Part shown: in pieces, positions 17,416-25,759 of the stretch | Layout: each line of letters begins with the position of its first letter | Numbering within the stretch: the stretch's first letter is position 1 | IMG/VR virus record: IMGVR_UViG_3300032257_000532 | Span: 1 to 37,388 of that record | Strand: one strand, 5' to 3' | Length of the DNA stretch: 37,388 nt | Source of the DNA: a virus | Lineage: Duplodnaviria; Caudoviricetes | Notes under the pieces: generated by a model | Database searches by the model: none | What the model was told of the DNA's origin: nothing | What the model saw: only the letters and a program-made list of their open reading frames with translations | Made by a program: the position numbers and the translations under genes

Positions 17416-18698
17416 CGATGGCGGTTGAATTTAAAAATCTGCCGCCCAAAGAGGCCGTCGCTTTTTTCAAAAAAAAGGGCTACGCGCTCGGCTTTGATTG
17501 GCGCGACGTTTGGCAGCAGGAACACGCTGCCGCGTTTACCGTGGCCAAAGTGAGCCGCCTCGATGTTTTGGAAGATATCCGGGGCGCGATGGACACGGCC
17601 ATCAAAAACGGTGTGACGGCGGCGCAGTTTAAAAAGAACCTCAAGCCAATTCTCCAAGCCAAAGGCTGGTGGGGAAAACGGGCGATGTATGACCCGGTTG
17701 AGAAAAAATTTAAACGTGCGCAACTGGGATCCAGCCGGCGGCTGCAAACCATTTTTGACACCAACATGCGAACAGCCTATGCGGCGGGCAAATGGGAGCG
17801 TGCCGAGCGCACCAAAAAAACGCGGCCCTATTTGCGCTACATCGCGGTGCGCGACAGTCGCACCCGCCCCCAGCACAGCGCGTGGCACGGCACGGTGTTG
17901 CCCATCGATCATGAGTTTTGGCAAAGTCATTTTCCGCCAAATGGGTGGCGCTGTCGCTGCACCGTGCAGACGTTATCAGAACGTGATCTCAAACGATATG
18001 GTCGCAAGATTTCACCCGATCCGCCGGTCCAGACCCGCAAATACCTCAACAAGCGTACCGGCGAAGTCACGGATGTGCCGGTCGGCATCGACCCGGGATT
18101 TTCCTACAACGTCGGCGAGGCGCGTGATCGCGCCCTCACCCCGCCACCCACGGGAGGTTTGCCCACATCGTTTCCGGCAGGCGTCAATCTGCCGCCGTTG
18201 CCCGCACCGCGGCCAGCCCCAGCGAAGTTGCTGCCAAAAGGTCTCAGCGATGATGAATATATTGACAGTTTTTTAGGTGAATTTGGGGTCAAACGCGGAC
18301 AGGCTATGCACTTCACCGATAAGGCGGGTGAGAGGTTGGTGATTTCCGAGGAGTTGTTTCGTACGTCCGAAAATACGCTGAAGCTGACCCGGGCCAGTCG
18401 TCAGCGTTATTTGTTGCTGACTGCCGCCGCCATCAAAAACCCCGATGAAATTTGGTGGATATGGGAAAAGCTTAAAAACAAACCCGGTTTGGTTTTGCGG
18501 CGACGTCACATTGCGCGCTGGGATATGGGCGATGGCCAAGCCCTGGCCGTGTCGGTATTTGAACACGGCAAAGATGGTTGGATGGGCATCACCTCATTTG
18601 CGCCCTATCACAACCGCTCAAAGGCCGCCCAAGATCGGTACATGAATAAACAGCGTGGCGAGCTGCTGGCGTGGCGGCGCAAAGACCCCCCAAAGTAA
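17412..18698 (+). CDS. MuF (gp30) minor head protein with C-terminal PBECR2-like nuclease extension
   Basis: AFTVAK, RLQTIFDTN, D.RTRP.H, PPNGWRCRC MuF motifs; Pro-rich linker; then IKNPDEIW...RRHIARW...GW.G.T.F...G.L.WRR. Confidence 0.85.
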   Translation: MTMAVEFKNLPPKEAVAFFKKKGYALGFDWRDVWQQEHAAAFTVAKVSRLDVLEDIRGAMDTAIKNGVTAAQFKKNLKPILQAKGWWGKRAMYDPVEKKFKRAQLGSSRRLQTIFDTNMRTAYAAGKWERAERTKKTRPYLRYIAVRDSRTRPQHSAWHGTVLPIDHEFWQSHFPPNGWRCRCTVQTLSERDLKRYGRKISPDPPVQTRKYLNKRTGEVTDVPVGIDPGFSYNVGEARDRALTPPPTGGLPTSFPAGVNLPPLPAPRPAPAKLLPKGLSDDEYIDSFLGEFGVKRGQAMHFTDKAGERLVISEELFRTSENTLKLTRASRQRYLLLTAAAIKNPDEIWWIWEKLKNKPGLVLRRRHIARWDMGDGQALAVSVFEHGKDGWMGITSFAPYHNRSKAAQDRYMNKQRGELLAWRRKDPPK

Positions 18699-18767
18699 AA
18701 CCCCACCGGTGACGATGGGGTTTGTGTTGGGGCTTTCGGTCGCGGTTCACCCGCTTGGGCCTCAACG
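18695..18767 (-). ncRNA. Candidate ~70-nt small RNA convergent with muF
   Basis: Minus-strand TGGATT-17-TATAAT promoter (18801-18773), stem-loop body, terminator CCCCATCG-TCAC-CGGTGGGG-TTTT. Confidence 0.5.
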
Positions 18768-18809
18768 CTCTGATTATAGCCCACCCTCTTAACAAAATCC
18801 ACAACGCCC

Positions 18810-18930
18810 GTAAATCGTCGTAGAGGCCCTTTGCGGCGATTTGGCCCCGGTTATAGCCGGGCGCTTCAGGACACCCTTTAGTGCCCCCTTTAATGGGCCG
18901 ATTAAACCCTGTTTGAAGGCCTGTTTCAGA
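18810..18930. other. Candidate strong gyrase site (SGS-like)
   Basis: Non-coding; TTT/TTA tracts recur every 10-14 bp between GC runs; upstream of protease I and near the prophage midpoint (about 18668). Confidence 0.5.
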
Positions 18931-19021
18931 TCGAAAATGCATCGCCGCCGCCGTTAGCGTTGTGAAAGCCATCGATCTGCGCTATGGGTTGAAAGCGCGG
19001 ACGATTGCTGTCTGGCGCACT

Positions 19022-19069
19022 GGGCGCAACTGTTGCGCCCTTATTTGTATCCTCTCTCATTGCAAAAAT
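19022..19069 (+). promoter_or_regulatory. Late promoter PI: activator dyad plus -10
   Basis: GGGCGCAAC-T-GTTGCGCCC (19022-19040), then AAAAAT 23 bp later. Confidence 0.75.
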
Positions 19070-19121
19070 GTCCCCAGTGGTGATTTCACCGCTGGTCATA
19101 ATTTTGTCTTTGAGAGACCTG

Positions 19122-20180
19122 ATGAAATTTTTTCTTTCCACATGTTCAGTCATCTTACCGGGTGGTGTGTCCGGATGGGTGATGCTGATGCCATCTGGTG
19201 ACATCAATGCCGACGACGGTCGTAAGTTTAAAAATGCCAACACCGCCGATGTTGTCAAGGCCAGTGCCGCCAAGATTGATCTGGTGATCGACTATGAACA
19301 CCAGACCGATTATGCCAAGCAAAATGGCCAGCCAGCCCCCGCCGCCGGGTGGATCAAGGAGTTGGCGGCGCGTGCAGATGGCATTTGGGGCCGGGTGGAA
19401 TGGACCGATAAGGCCAAGGCCTACCTTGCCGCGAAAGAATTTCGCTATTTAAGCCCAACTTTTCTTCATGACAAAGCTGGAAACGTCCAACGCATTTTGC
19501 GTGCGGCGTTGCTAAACAGCCCGGCCATCCACGAACTCCCCGCTCTCGCCAAATCACAACAAACAGGAACCGATCCCATGGATGTAGAACAATATCTGGC
19601 CTTGTGTCAGGCCCTCGGTCTGGCCGAGGGGACGGCGGTCGACGCCGTGATTAAAACCGCCAAGGCGGCGCAAACGGTCGCCACCGAGGCCGCCGACACC
19701 ACCGCCGCGTTGTGTTCGTCGCTTGACTTGGACCAAAACGCCAGCGTCGAAGACGTCACCGCTGCGGTGACCAGCCTGAAAGCCACGGCCACGGCCACGG
19801 CTATCGACAACGGTGGCACACCCGACCCAGCCCAATTCGTCAGCATGGCGGCGTTTCAAGAACAAAGCGGGGCCTTAAAAACCTTGCAGGATACCATCGC
19901 CGCCGCCACGGCCAATGATGTCGTTGAAAAAGCCATGGCGGCGGGCAAGGTGACCCCTGCCAATCGGGATTGGGCACTGGCGCTGGCCCGCACGGACCCG
20001 GGCAGCTTTGACGATTTTGTCAAAAATGCGCCGGTGATCATCGCGCCGGGCACCGCTACACCGTCCGGCGATATTACGGCAAAAGCCACCGCACTGGATG
20101 CCGACGAAAAATCCATGTGTGCGGCCATGAGCATTTCCGAGGAACAATTCCTCGCAACCAAAAATGAAGGGATCGACTAA
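19122..20180 (+). CDS. Head maturation protease I (with C-terminal scaffold)
   Basis: VIDYEHQT, APAAGWI, VEWT..A, FRYLSP, AALLNSPA. Start placed at ATG 19122, downstream of the late promoter. Confidence 0.92.
   Translation: MKFFLSTCSVILPGGVSGWVMLMPSGDINADDGRKFKNANTADVVKASAAKIDLVIDYEHQTDYAKQNGQPAPAAGWIKELAARADGIWGRVEWTDKAKAYLAAKEFRYLSPTFLHDKAGNVQRILRAALLNSPAIHELPALAKSQQTGTDPMDVEQYLALCQALGLAEGTAVDAVIKTAKAAQTVATEAADTTAALCSSLDLDQNASVEDVTAAVTSLKATATATAIDNGGTPDPAQFVSMAAFQEQSGALKTLQDTIAAATANDVVEKAMAAGKVTPANRDWALALARTDPGSFDDFVKNAPVIIAPGTATPSGDITAKATALDADEKSMCAAMSISEEQFLATKNEGID
19578..20180 (+). CDS. Nested in-frame scaffolding protein (Mu Z-like)
   Basis: Internal ATG with ACAGGA RBS right after the protease domain; Ala-rich helical sequence. 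Confidence 0.65.
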   Translation: MDVEQYLALCQALGLAEGTAVDAVIKTAKAAQTVATEAADTTAALCSSLDLDQNASVEDVTAAVTSLKATATATAIDNGGTPDPAQFVSMAAFQEQSGALKTLQDTIAAATANDVVEKAMAAGKVTPANRDWALALARTDPGSFDDFVKNAPVIIAPGTATPSGDITAKATALDADEKSMCAAMSISEEQFLATKNEGID

Positions 20181-20590
20181 TGGCCGCTCTCACCACTGAC
20201 CGCAACACGCCGGAAATCGACGGCGTGATGCGCGATATCCCGGTCGCCACCGGCGTTAAAATCTTCGCCGGGGCGCTGGTGTGTTTCAGCGCCACCGGTT
20301 TCGCCACCCCCGGGGCCACAGCCACCACGTTGGTCTCTGCTGGTCGCGCCGAAGAACAGGTCGACAACACCGCAGGCGCCGATGGCGCTGTGACGGTCAG
20401 GACCAAGCGTGGCGTGTTCCGTTTTGCCAATTCGGCAGCGGCAGACGCCATCACCGCCGCCGAGATCGGCGACGCCTGCTACCTTGTCGACGACCAAACC
20501 GTGGCAAAAACCGATGCCACGGCCACCCGGTCGGTCGCTGGAAAAATCATCAACATCGACGCCCAAGGCGTCTGGGTTGAACTCGGCTAA
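20180..20590 (+). CDS. Head decoration/cement protein
   Basis: MAALTTDRNT...IFAGALV...YLVDDQTV; lies between scaffold and capsid genes. Confidence 0.8.
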   Translation: MAALTTDRNTPEIDGVMRDIPVATGVKIFAGALVCFSATGFATPGATATTLVSAGRAEEQVDNTAGADGAVTVRTKRGVFRFANSAAADAITAAEIGDACYLVDDQTVAKTDATATRSVAGKIINIDAQGVWVELG

Positions 20591-20602
20591 GGAGGCCACG
20601 TC

Positions 20603-21496
20603 ATGCTCGTTAATCGTCAATCTCTGAACAATTTGTTTATCGGTTTCAAAACCACGTTCAAAAATGCGCTCAGTCAGGCTGAGCCGCAATACACACAAGT
20701 GGCCATGGTGGTGCCCAGTTCCACAAAATCCGAACAGTACGCCTGGATGGGCAAGGTGCCCAACGTGCGTGAATGGCTGGGGGATCGTGTCGTACAAAAC
20801 CTGATGTCGCACGACTACACCGTTCGCAACAAAGATTTTGAACTGACCATCGGGGTCGATCGTAACGACATCGATGACGACAGCTATGGCGTTTACACCC
20901 CGCTGTTTGCTGAAATGGGCCAGTCCATCACCGCGCACCCCGACCAGTTGGTGTGGGATCTGCTCAAGGGTGGGTTCACCACGGCTTGCTATGACGGTCA
21001 GTACTTCTTTGACATCGATCATCCGGTTTTGGACGAAACCGGCGCAACCGTTTCCGTGGCCAACACGGATGGCGGTGCCAGTGCACCTTGGTTTCTGGTC
21101 GATGACACCCGCGCCATTAAGCCGATTATCTTTCAAGAACGGAAAAAACCGGACTTTGTGTCGATGGATCAAGACACCGATGAAAAAGTGTTTTCATCGC
21201 GTGAATTTCGATACGGCACCCATGCGCGCCACAACGTCGGGTTCGGGTTTTGGCAGTTCATCTGGGGCTCCAAACAGGTTTTGGACGCGACGGCTTACGC
21301 CACCGCGCGCACGTCGCTGATCGGCATGAAGGGTGATCATGGCCGCCCGCTGGGCGTTAAGCCGCGCAAGCTGATTGTTGGCCCCAGTAACGAAGAAGTC
21401 GCGCGCAAAATTATCGGTTCAAAAGAATTGGCCGGTGGTGGCGACAACCCTTGGTATGGCACCGCTGAAACGGTCGTCGTCCCGTGGCTGGCATAA
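20603..21496 (+). CDS. Major capsid protein (Mu gpT)
   Basis: VPSST..E.YAWMG..P..REW.GDR, CYDGQYFFD.DHPV, GFGFWQ. Confidence 0.95.
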   Translation: MLVNRQSLNNLFIGFKTTFKNALSQAEPQYTQVAMVVPSSTKSEQYAWMGKVPNVREWLGDRVVQNLMSHDYTVRNKDFELTIGVDRNDIDDDSYGVYTPLFAEMGQSITAHPDQLVWDLLKGGFTTACYDGQYFFDIDHPVLDETGATVSVANTDGGASAPWFLVDDTRAIKPIIFQERKKPDFVSMDQDTDEKVFSSREFRYGTHARHNVGFGFWQFIWGSKQVLDATAYATARTSLIGMKGDHGRPLGVKPRKLIVGPSNEEVARKIIGSKELAGGGDNPWYGTAETVVVPWLA

Positions 21497-21536
21497 GCCC
21501 GACGTAACCCCAAAACTGACAAGGATCAACTGAACC

Positions 21537-21719
21537 ATGGCTAAGAAAATTCGTATCGTTTCCAAGGTCGAGGGCTTCCGCCGTTGCGGCCAAGCCCATT
21601 CATCCCAAGCCACAAATTTTGATTTGGATGCTTTCACCCCGGCGCAATTGGCCGAGCTGAAAAGCGAACCGAAGCTGATCGTTGACGAAGTCGACGTGAA
21701 GGAAGCGGCGAAGAAATAA
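21537..21719 (+). CDS. HI1506-like / gp35 small protein
   Basis: GFRRCG..H...QLAELKSEPKL.V. Confidence 0.8.
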   Translation: MAKKIRIVSKVEGFRRCGQAHSSQATNFDLDAFTPAQLAELKSEPKLIVDEVDVKEAAKK

Positions 21720-21816
21720 CGCCGCACAAAAAAACGGCGATCAATCGCCCTAAGCCGGGAGCCGCAAGGTGGCCCGGCTTTCGGGTGAGCACACCTTATA
21801 TATAAGGACCCGGATT

Positions 21817-22242
21817 TTGAGCTACGCCACCCAACAAAACATGGTTGACCGTTTTGGCTCCGATGAACTGATCGAGCTGACCGATCGCGCCGATCCGCCC
21901 GCCGGGCTGATCGACGTGACGGTGGTCGGGCTGGCGTTGGCGGATGCCGACGCGGAAATCGATAGCTACATCTCAGTCCGCTATGCCCTGCCGCTGGCGG
22001 CCACCCCGGCGCGTCTGATCAAGGTCGCGTGTGACATTGCGCGCAAGCACCTGTTCAAAGACCAGCCGCTCGATGAGGTGATCGACAATTATAAAGCCGC
22101 GGTGGCGTTTTTGCGCGATGTGTCGCGCGGCGTGGCCGAACTGGACGTTGCCGGGGCCGAGCCCGCTGGCGATACCACCGGGTCGCCGCAACTGAGCAGC
22201 GGGCCGCAAATGTTCACCAAAGACACCATGGGGGGATTTTGA
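21817..22242 (+). CDS. gp36 (DUF1320) head-tail adaptor
   Basis: SYAT..MV.RFG..EL..LTD, ALADADAEIDSY...RY.LP. TTG start at 21817 after AAGGA. Confidence 0.88.
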   Translation: MSYATQQNMVDRFGSDELIELTDRADPPAGLIDVTVVGLALADADAEIDSYISVRYALPLAATPARLIKVACDIARKHLFKDQPLDEVIDNYKAAVAFLRDVSRGVAELDVAGAEPAGDTTGSPQLSSGPQMFTKDTMGGF

Positions 22243-22694
22243 TGACCGGCGCGGTTCTTCACATTGATGCGTCTGATTTGGGCCGGGTCGGCAAACGGTT
22301 GGACCGGTTGTTGCGCCGGGTGTCTGACGCGACGCCGTTGATGGATGACATCGGCGCGATGTTGGTGACCTCAACCCAAGACCGGTTTGAGCGCGGTGTC
22401 GATCCAGAAGGCACGGCGTGGAAACAATCGGACCGCGTAACCCGCGCCCAGGGCAATGCCCAGACGCTGGTCGATACCGGGCGGTTGATGACGTCGATCA
22501 CCCATGTGCCCGGCAACAATGAGGTCGAGGTCGGCACCAACGTGATTTATGGGGCCATCCATCAAGCCGGCGGGCAAGCTGGGCGCGGCAAATCCGTCAC
22601 CATCCCGGCGCGGCCCTATCTGGGCATTTCGTTCGACGACAGGGCCGAGATCGGCAACCTGATTGATGATTATTTGATGGAGGCGTTGCAATGA
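22239..22694 (+). CDS. Virion morphogenesis protein (Mu gpG-like)
   Basis: RFE...DPEG..W, LVDTGRL..SI, VGTNV.Y.AIHQ.GG, IPARPYLG. Confidence 0.9.
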   Translation: MMTGAVLHIDASDLGRVGKRLDRLLRRVSDATPLMDDIGAMLVTSTQDRFERGVDPEGTAWKQSDRVTRAQGNAQTLVDTGRLMTSITHVPGNNEVEVGTNVIYGAIHQAGGQAGRGKSVTIPARPYLGISFDDRAEIGNLIDDYLMEALQ

Positions 22695-23263
22695 TCGGGG
22701 CAATAGAAAACGCCATCATCGCGAAAATTCAAGCCGCGTCCGACGCGAGCGCGTTGGGCTATCGGTTCAAAACGGTCGAGAGTTTCGGCCAAACCATCAC
22801 GCCCGACAATTTGCGCCGATCGACACAATCGTTTCCCGCCGCATTGGTGGTTTTTGCCGGGGAGCCGCGGCCCACCGATGGCCCCGGCGGCAAGACCCGT
22901 CACAGCCCGATGTTTACGATTTTCCTGTGCCAGAAAAACCGCCGGGGCGACGGATCGTCGCGCAGTGGAAAAGACGGCAAGGTCGGGACGTATCAAATGA
23001 TCGAAGACGTGCGTGGCCTGTTGAGTGAACAAACGCTGGGTCTGGCCATCGACCCGATCAAGCCGGGCGCGGTGCGCTCCGTGATGCAAGACGACGGGCC
23101 GTCGATCTATGCCCTGGAATTGCACGTCGGTTACGACGCCAATCCGCGTTTGGCGGACTCCGCCACGCTGGACGATTTTGCCACCTTGAACGCCGATTGG
23201 GACGTCCCCGTGGACGGCACCATCGACGCCACCGACACCATCACATTGGAGACATTGCCGTGA
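22691..23263 (+). CDS. gp37 (DUF1834) tail terminator
   Basis: MIGAIENAII; synteny before gp38 and the sheath. Confidence 0.8.
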   Translation: MIGAIENAIIAKIQAASDASALGYRFKTVESFGQTITPDNLRRSTQSFPAALVVFAGEPRPTDGPGGKTRHSPMFTIFLCQKNRRGDGSSRSGKDGKVGTYQMIEDVRGLLSEQTLGLAIDPIKPGAVRSVMQDDGPSIYALELHVGYDANPRLADSATLDDFATLNADWDVPVDGTIDATDTITLETLP

Positions 23264-23445
23264 AACAATTTGTAAAACCAGCGGACGGGCTCAAGGTCCG
23301 CGACCCCAAGAGCGGACAGCATCTGCCCGCGGGCGGTGCCGAGATCGATCTCGGCCCCTATTGGCACCGCCGTTTGCGCGATGGCGATGTGGTGAAGGCC
23401 GCCAAGCCCAAAGCCGCAAAATCCGCCAAAGCTGAAAAGGAATAA
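23260..23445 (+). CDS. gp38 (DUF2635)
   Basis: FVKPADGLKVRDP...YWHRRLRDGDV; GTG start overlapping the gp37 stop. Confidence 0.85.
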   Translation: MKQFVKPADGLKVRDPKSGQHLPAGGAEIDLGPYWHRRLRDGDVVKAAKPKAAKSAKAEKE

Positions 23446-23452
23446 CTGAACA

Positions 23453-24922
23453 ATGATCAGTTTCAATCAAATCCCCATCAATTTGCGGGTGCCCGGCGCG
23501 TATCTTGAAATGGACAACACTCGCGCCAACCGAGGCCTGCCCGGCATGCCCTCGCGGATCCTGGTGTTGGGCCAAAAACTTGCCACCGGAACCCAAGCCG
23601 CAGACACCCCGGTCAAAATCCTCGACGTCGCCGCCGCCGAGGCCGCGTTCGGTCGCGGATCGATGCTGCATTTGATGTTCAAGGCGCTCAAGGCTGTCAA
23701 CACCTGGACCGAAACCTACGCGATTGCGTTGGACGATGATGGCGCGGCCACGGCGGCTGCGGGATCGGTTTTATTCGGCGGTGCCGTTACCCAGGCGGGC
23801 ACCGTGAATTTATATCTGGCCGGCCAGCGCGTGCGTGTCGGTGTGAGCGTCGGCGACACGCCCGCCGTGATCGCCACCGCCACCGTGGCCGCGATCACCG
23901 CCGCTACCGATCTGCCGGTTACCGCCGCCGTCAACGGGATCACACCCGAACAGGTGGACATCACAGCGCGGGGTAAAGGCGCTGCCGGCAACGACATTGA
24001 CATTCGCTTAAACTATAATTTTGGCGAGGCCCTACCCGCCGGCCTAACCGCTGTCCTCACCGCCATGTCTGGCGGCACCGCCAACCCTGACCTCACCGCC
24101 GCCATCGCCGCGTTTGGCGACACATGGTACACATCCATCGCCGTGCCATATACCGACGCGGCCAATTTGGGGCTATTGGAAACGGAACTCAGCGCGCGTT
24201 TCGGCCCCATGGTGATGATGGATGGGCGTGCATACAGTGCCGCCAGCGGCACCCACGCCACACTGACCACCTTGGGCAATTCGCGCAATTTGGAACACCT
24301 GTCGATCATGTACGCCACCGGCAGCCCATCCGCGCCGTGGACGTGGGCGGCAGCCTACGCGGGTGTGGCCGAATATCACTTAAATATCGACCCCGCCCGG
24401 CCCTTGCAGACCTTGGCGCTGGGCATGATGCCGCCTGCCGATGCGGATTTGTTCACGTTGGAAGAACGCAATTTATTGCTGTTCGATGGCATTTCCACCC
24501 ACCGCGTCGATGATGGTGGCCGGGTGCTGATCGAGCGCGCGATCACCACTTATGAAACCAACGCCGGGGGCATCGACGACCCATCCTATCTGGACGTCAA
24601 CACGCTCGCGACGTTGGCGTATCTTCGCTATTCGGTCAGCGCGCGGATCTTGTCCAAATATCCACGCCACAAGCTGGCCAATGACGGCACCGAATACGGT
24701 GCGGGCCAAGCCATCATCACGCCCAGCGTGATCCGGGCCGAGTTGATTGCCCTGTTTAAGGATTGGGAAGCCGCGGGTCTGGCCGAGGGCATCGACCAGT
24801 TCAAGGCCGACCTGATTGTGGAGCGCGACGCCGTGGATGTGAACCGCGTCAACGCGGTGATCCCGCCCGACGTCATCAACCAGTTCCGCGTATTTGCGGG
24901 CAAGGTGCAATTTCGCCTCTAA
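23453..24922 (+). CDS. Tail sheath protein (Mu gpL)
   Basis: ISFNQIP..LRVPG.Y.E.DN, FGRGSML, DPARPLQTL, ERN.LL.DGIST. Confidence 0.95.
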   Translation: MISFNQIPINLRVPGAYLEMDNTRANRGLPGMPSRILVLGQKLATGTQAADTPVKILDVAAAEAAFGRGSMLHLMFKALKAVNTWTETYAIALDDDGAATAAAGSVLFGGAVTQAGTVNLYLAGQRVRVGVSVGDTPAVIATATVAAITAATDLPVTAAVNGITPEQVDITARGKGAAGNDIDIRLNYNFGEALPAGLTAVLTAMSGGTANPDLTAAIAAFGDTWYTSIAVPYTDAANLGLLETELSARFGPMVMMDGRAYSAASGTHATLTTLGNSRNLEHLSIMYATGSPSAPWTWAAAYAGVAEYHLNIDPARPLQTLALGMMPPADADLFTLEERNLLLFDGISTHRVDDGGRVLIERAITTYETNAGGIDDPSYLDVNTLATLAYLRYSVSARILSKYPRHKLANDGTEYGAGQAIITPSVIRAELIALFKDWEAAGLAEGIDQFKADLIVERDAVDVNRVNAVIPPDVINQFRVFAGKVQFRL

Positions 24923-24934
24923 GGAGACTGATAA

Positions 24935-25300
24935 ATGAACCCGAATCAAAAACTGGGCCGCGTTACAATTAAGGTCGATGGTGACGTGATCGAAAGTTAC
25001 GCGGACGCCGAGATCGACACCGGCGGCTTTGAAATCAGTGAAAAGGAAAACGGCAATTTTCCCGGCCATTGGTCCGAGAAAAAAACGCCCGGACGCGTCA
25101 AGTGCAAGATCGACTGGGGCGAAAGCAACAGCATCGAAATCCTCAAAAAATGGCGCGACGTCACCCTCACCTGTGAGCTCGACAGCGGCCAGACCTACGT
25201 TGGCGCGCACTACACCCTCACCAAAATCCCGCCGATCACCACCGAACAGGTCGAGCTGGAATTTTATGGGCCCGCAATGGAGGAAATGACCGTTGTCTAA
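24935..25300 (+). CDS. Tail tube protein (Mu gpM-like)
   Basis: Follows the sheath; 121 aa, beta-rich. Confidence 0.8.
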   Translation: MNPNQKLGRVTIKVDGDVIESYADAEIDTGGFEISEKENGNFPGHWSEKKTPGRVKCKIDWGESNSIEILKKWRDVTLTCELDSGQTYVGAHYTLTKIPPITTEQVELEFYGPAMEEMTVV

Positions 25301-25586
25301 CACCGTCACAATCGAGCTTGAGTTTCCCGTCACGTTAAAAATGAAAAATGGCCGCACCGAGCGCGATGAAATCATCGACACCGTCGAACTGCGCCGACCC
25401 AAGGTCAAAGACATCAAAGGCCTTAACCTTGAACAACTGGAAGGCGACGACCTTGAAGTGTTGGTGCGGCGATTGTCGGGATTGGACCGCGCCGTAATGG
25501 CCGAAATCGACGTGACCGATTTTTTGAAATTGGCGGAGGTCATCGGTGGTTTTTTTCCACGGCCTTCCACGGACGCAAACAATTAG
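25293..25586 (+). CDS. Tail assembly chaperone (gp41/GpE-like)
   Basis: IELEFPV...LRRPKVKD...D..DF...GFF. Confidence 0.85.
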   Translation: MSNTVTIELEFPVTLKMKNGRTERDEIIDTVELRRPKVKDIKGLNLEQLEGDDLEVLVRRLSGLDRAVMAEIDVTDFLKLAEVIGGFFPRPSTDANN

Positions 25587-25759
25587 ACGACCCCGCAGGA
25601 TCTGAATTTTTTGATCCTTGGCCGCTGGTCGCCGAACTGGCCCATGGCTACGGATTTGGGGCAAAAGAGGTTTGGGACTTGTCTTTGGTGGATGCGCTCC
25701 GCTGGCACGATGAACTAAGGAATATTCATGACGAACATGACAGCCCGAATTCGGATTGA
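25293..25759 (+). CDS. -1 frameshift-extended chaperone (GpE+E'-like)
   Basis: Slippery T TTT TTT at 25550-25556; the -1 frame is open to TGA 25757-25759 and encodes WPLVAELAHGYGFGAKEVWDLSLVDALRWH. Confidence 0.8.

Noticed and set aside
14723-17930. Long minus-strand ORFs (336 aa, 436 aa; likewise 4778-5761, 20177-21172, 24473-25582, 32374-33519)
   Set aside because: Shadows of well-supported GC-rich plus-strand genes, with no recognisable motifs.
18608-18802. 64-aa minus-strand ORF as a MuF immunity protein
   Set aside because: Wrong orientation for a typical immunity gene; starts inside the predicted promoter, crosses a terminator and has no clear RBS.
19005-19121. N-terminal extension of protease I
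   Set aside because: Overlaps the late-promoter dyad and -10; ATG 19122 has an RBS and a family-like start.
22239-22694. gpG-like gene located after gp36 rather than after muF
   Set aside because: Differs from Mu but is a common order in Mu-like phages; not novel.
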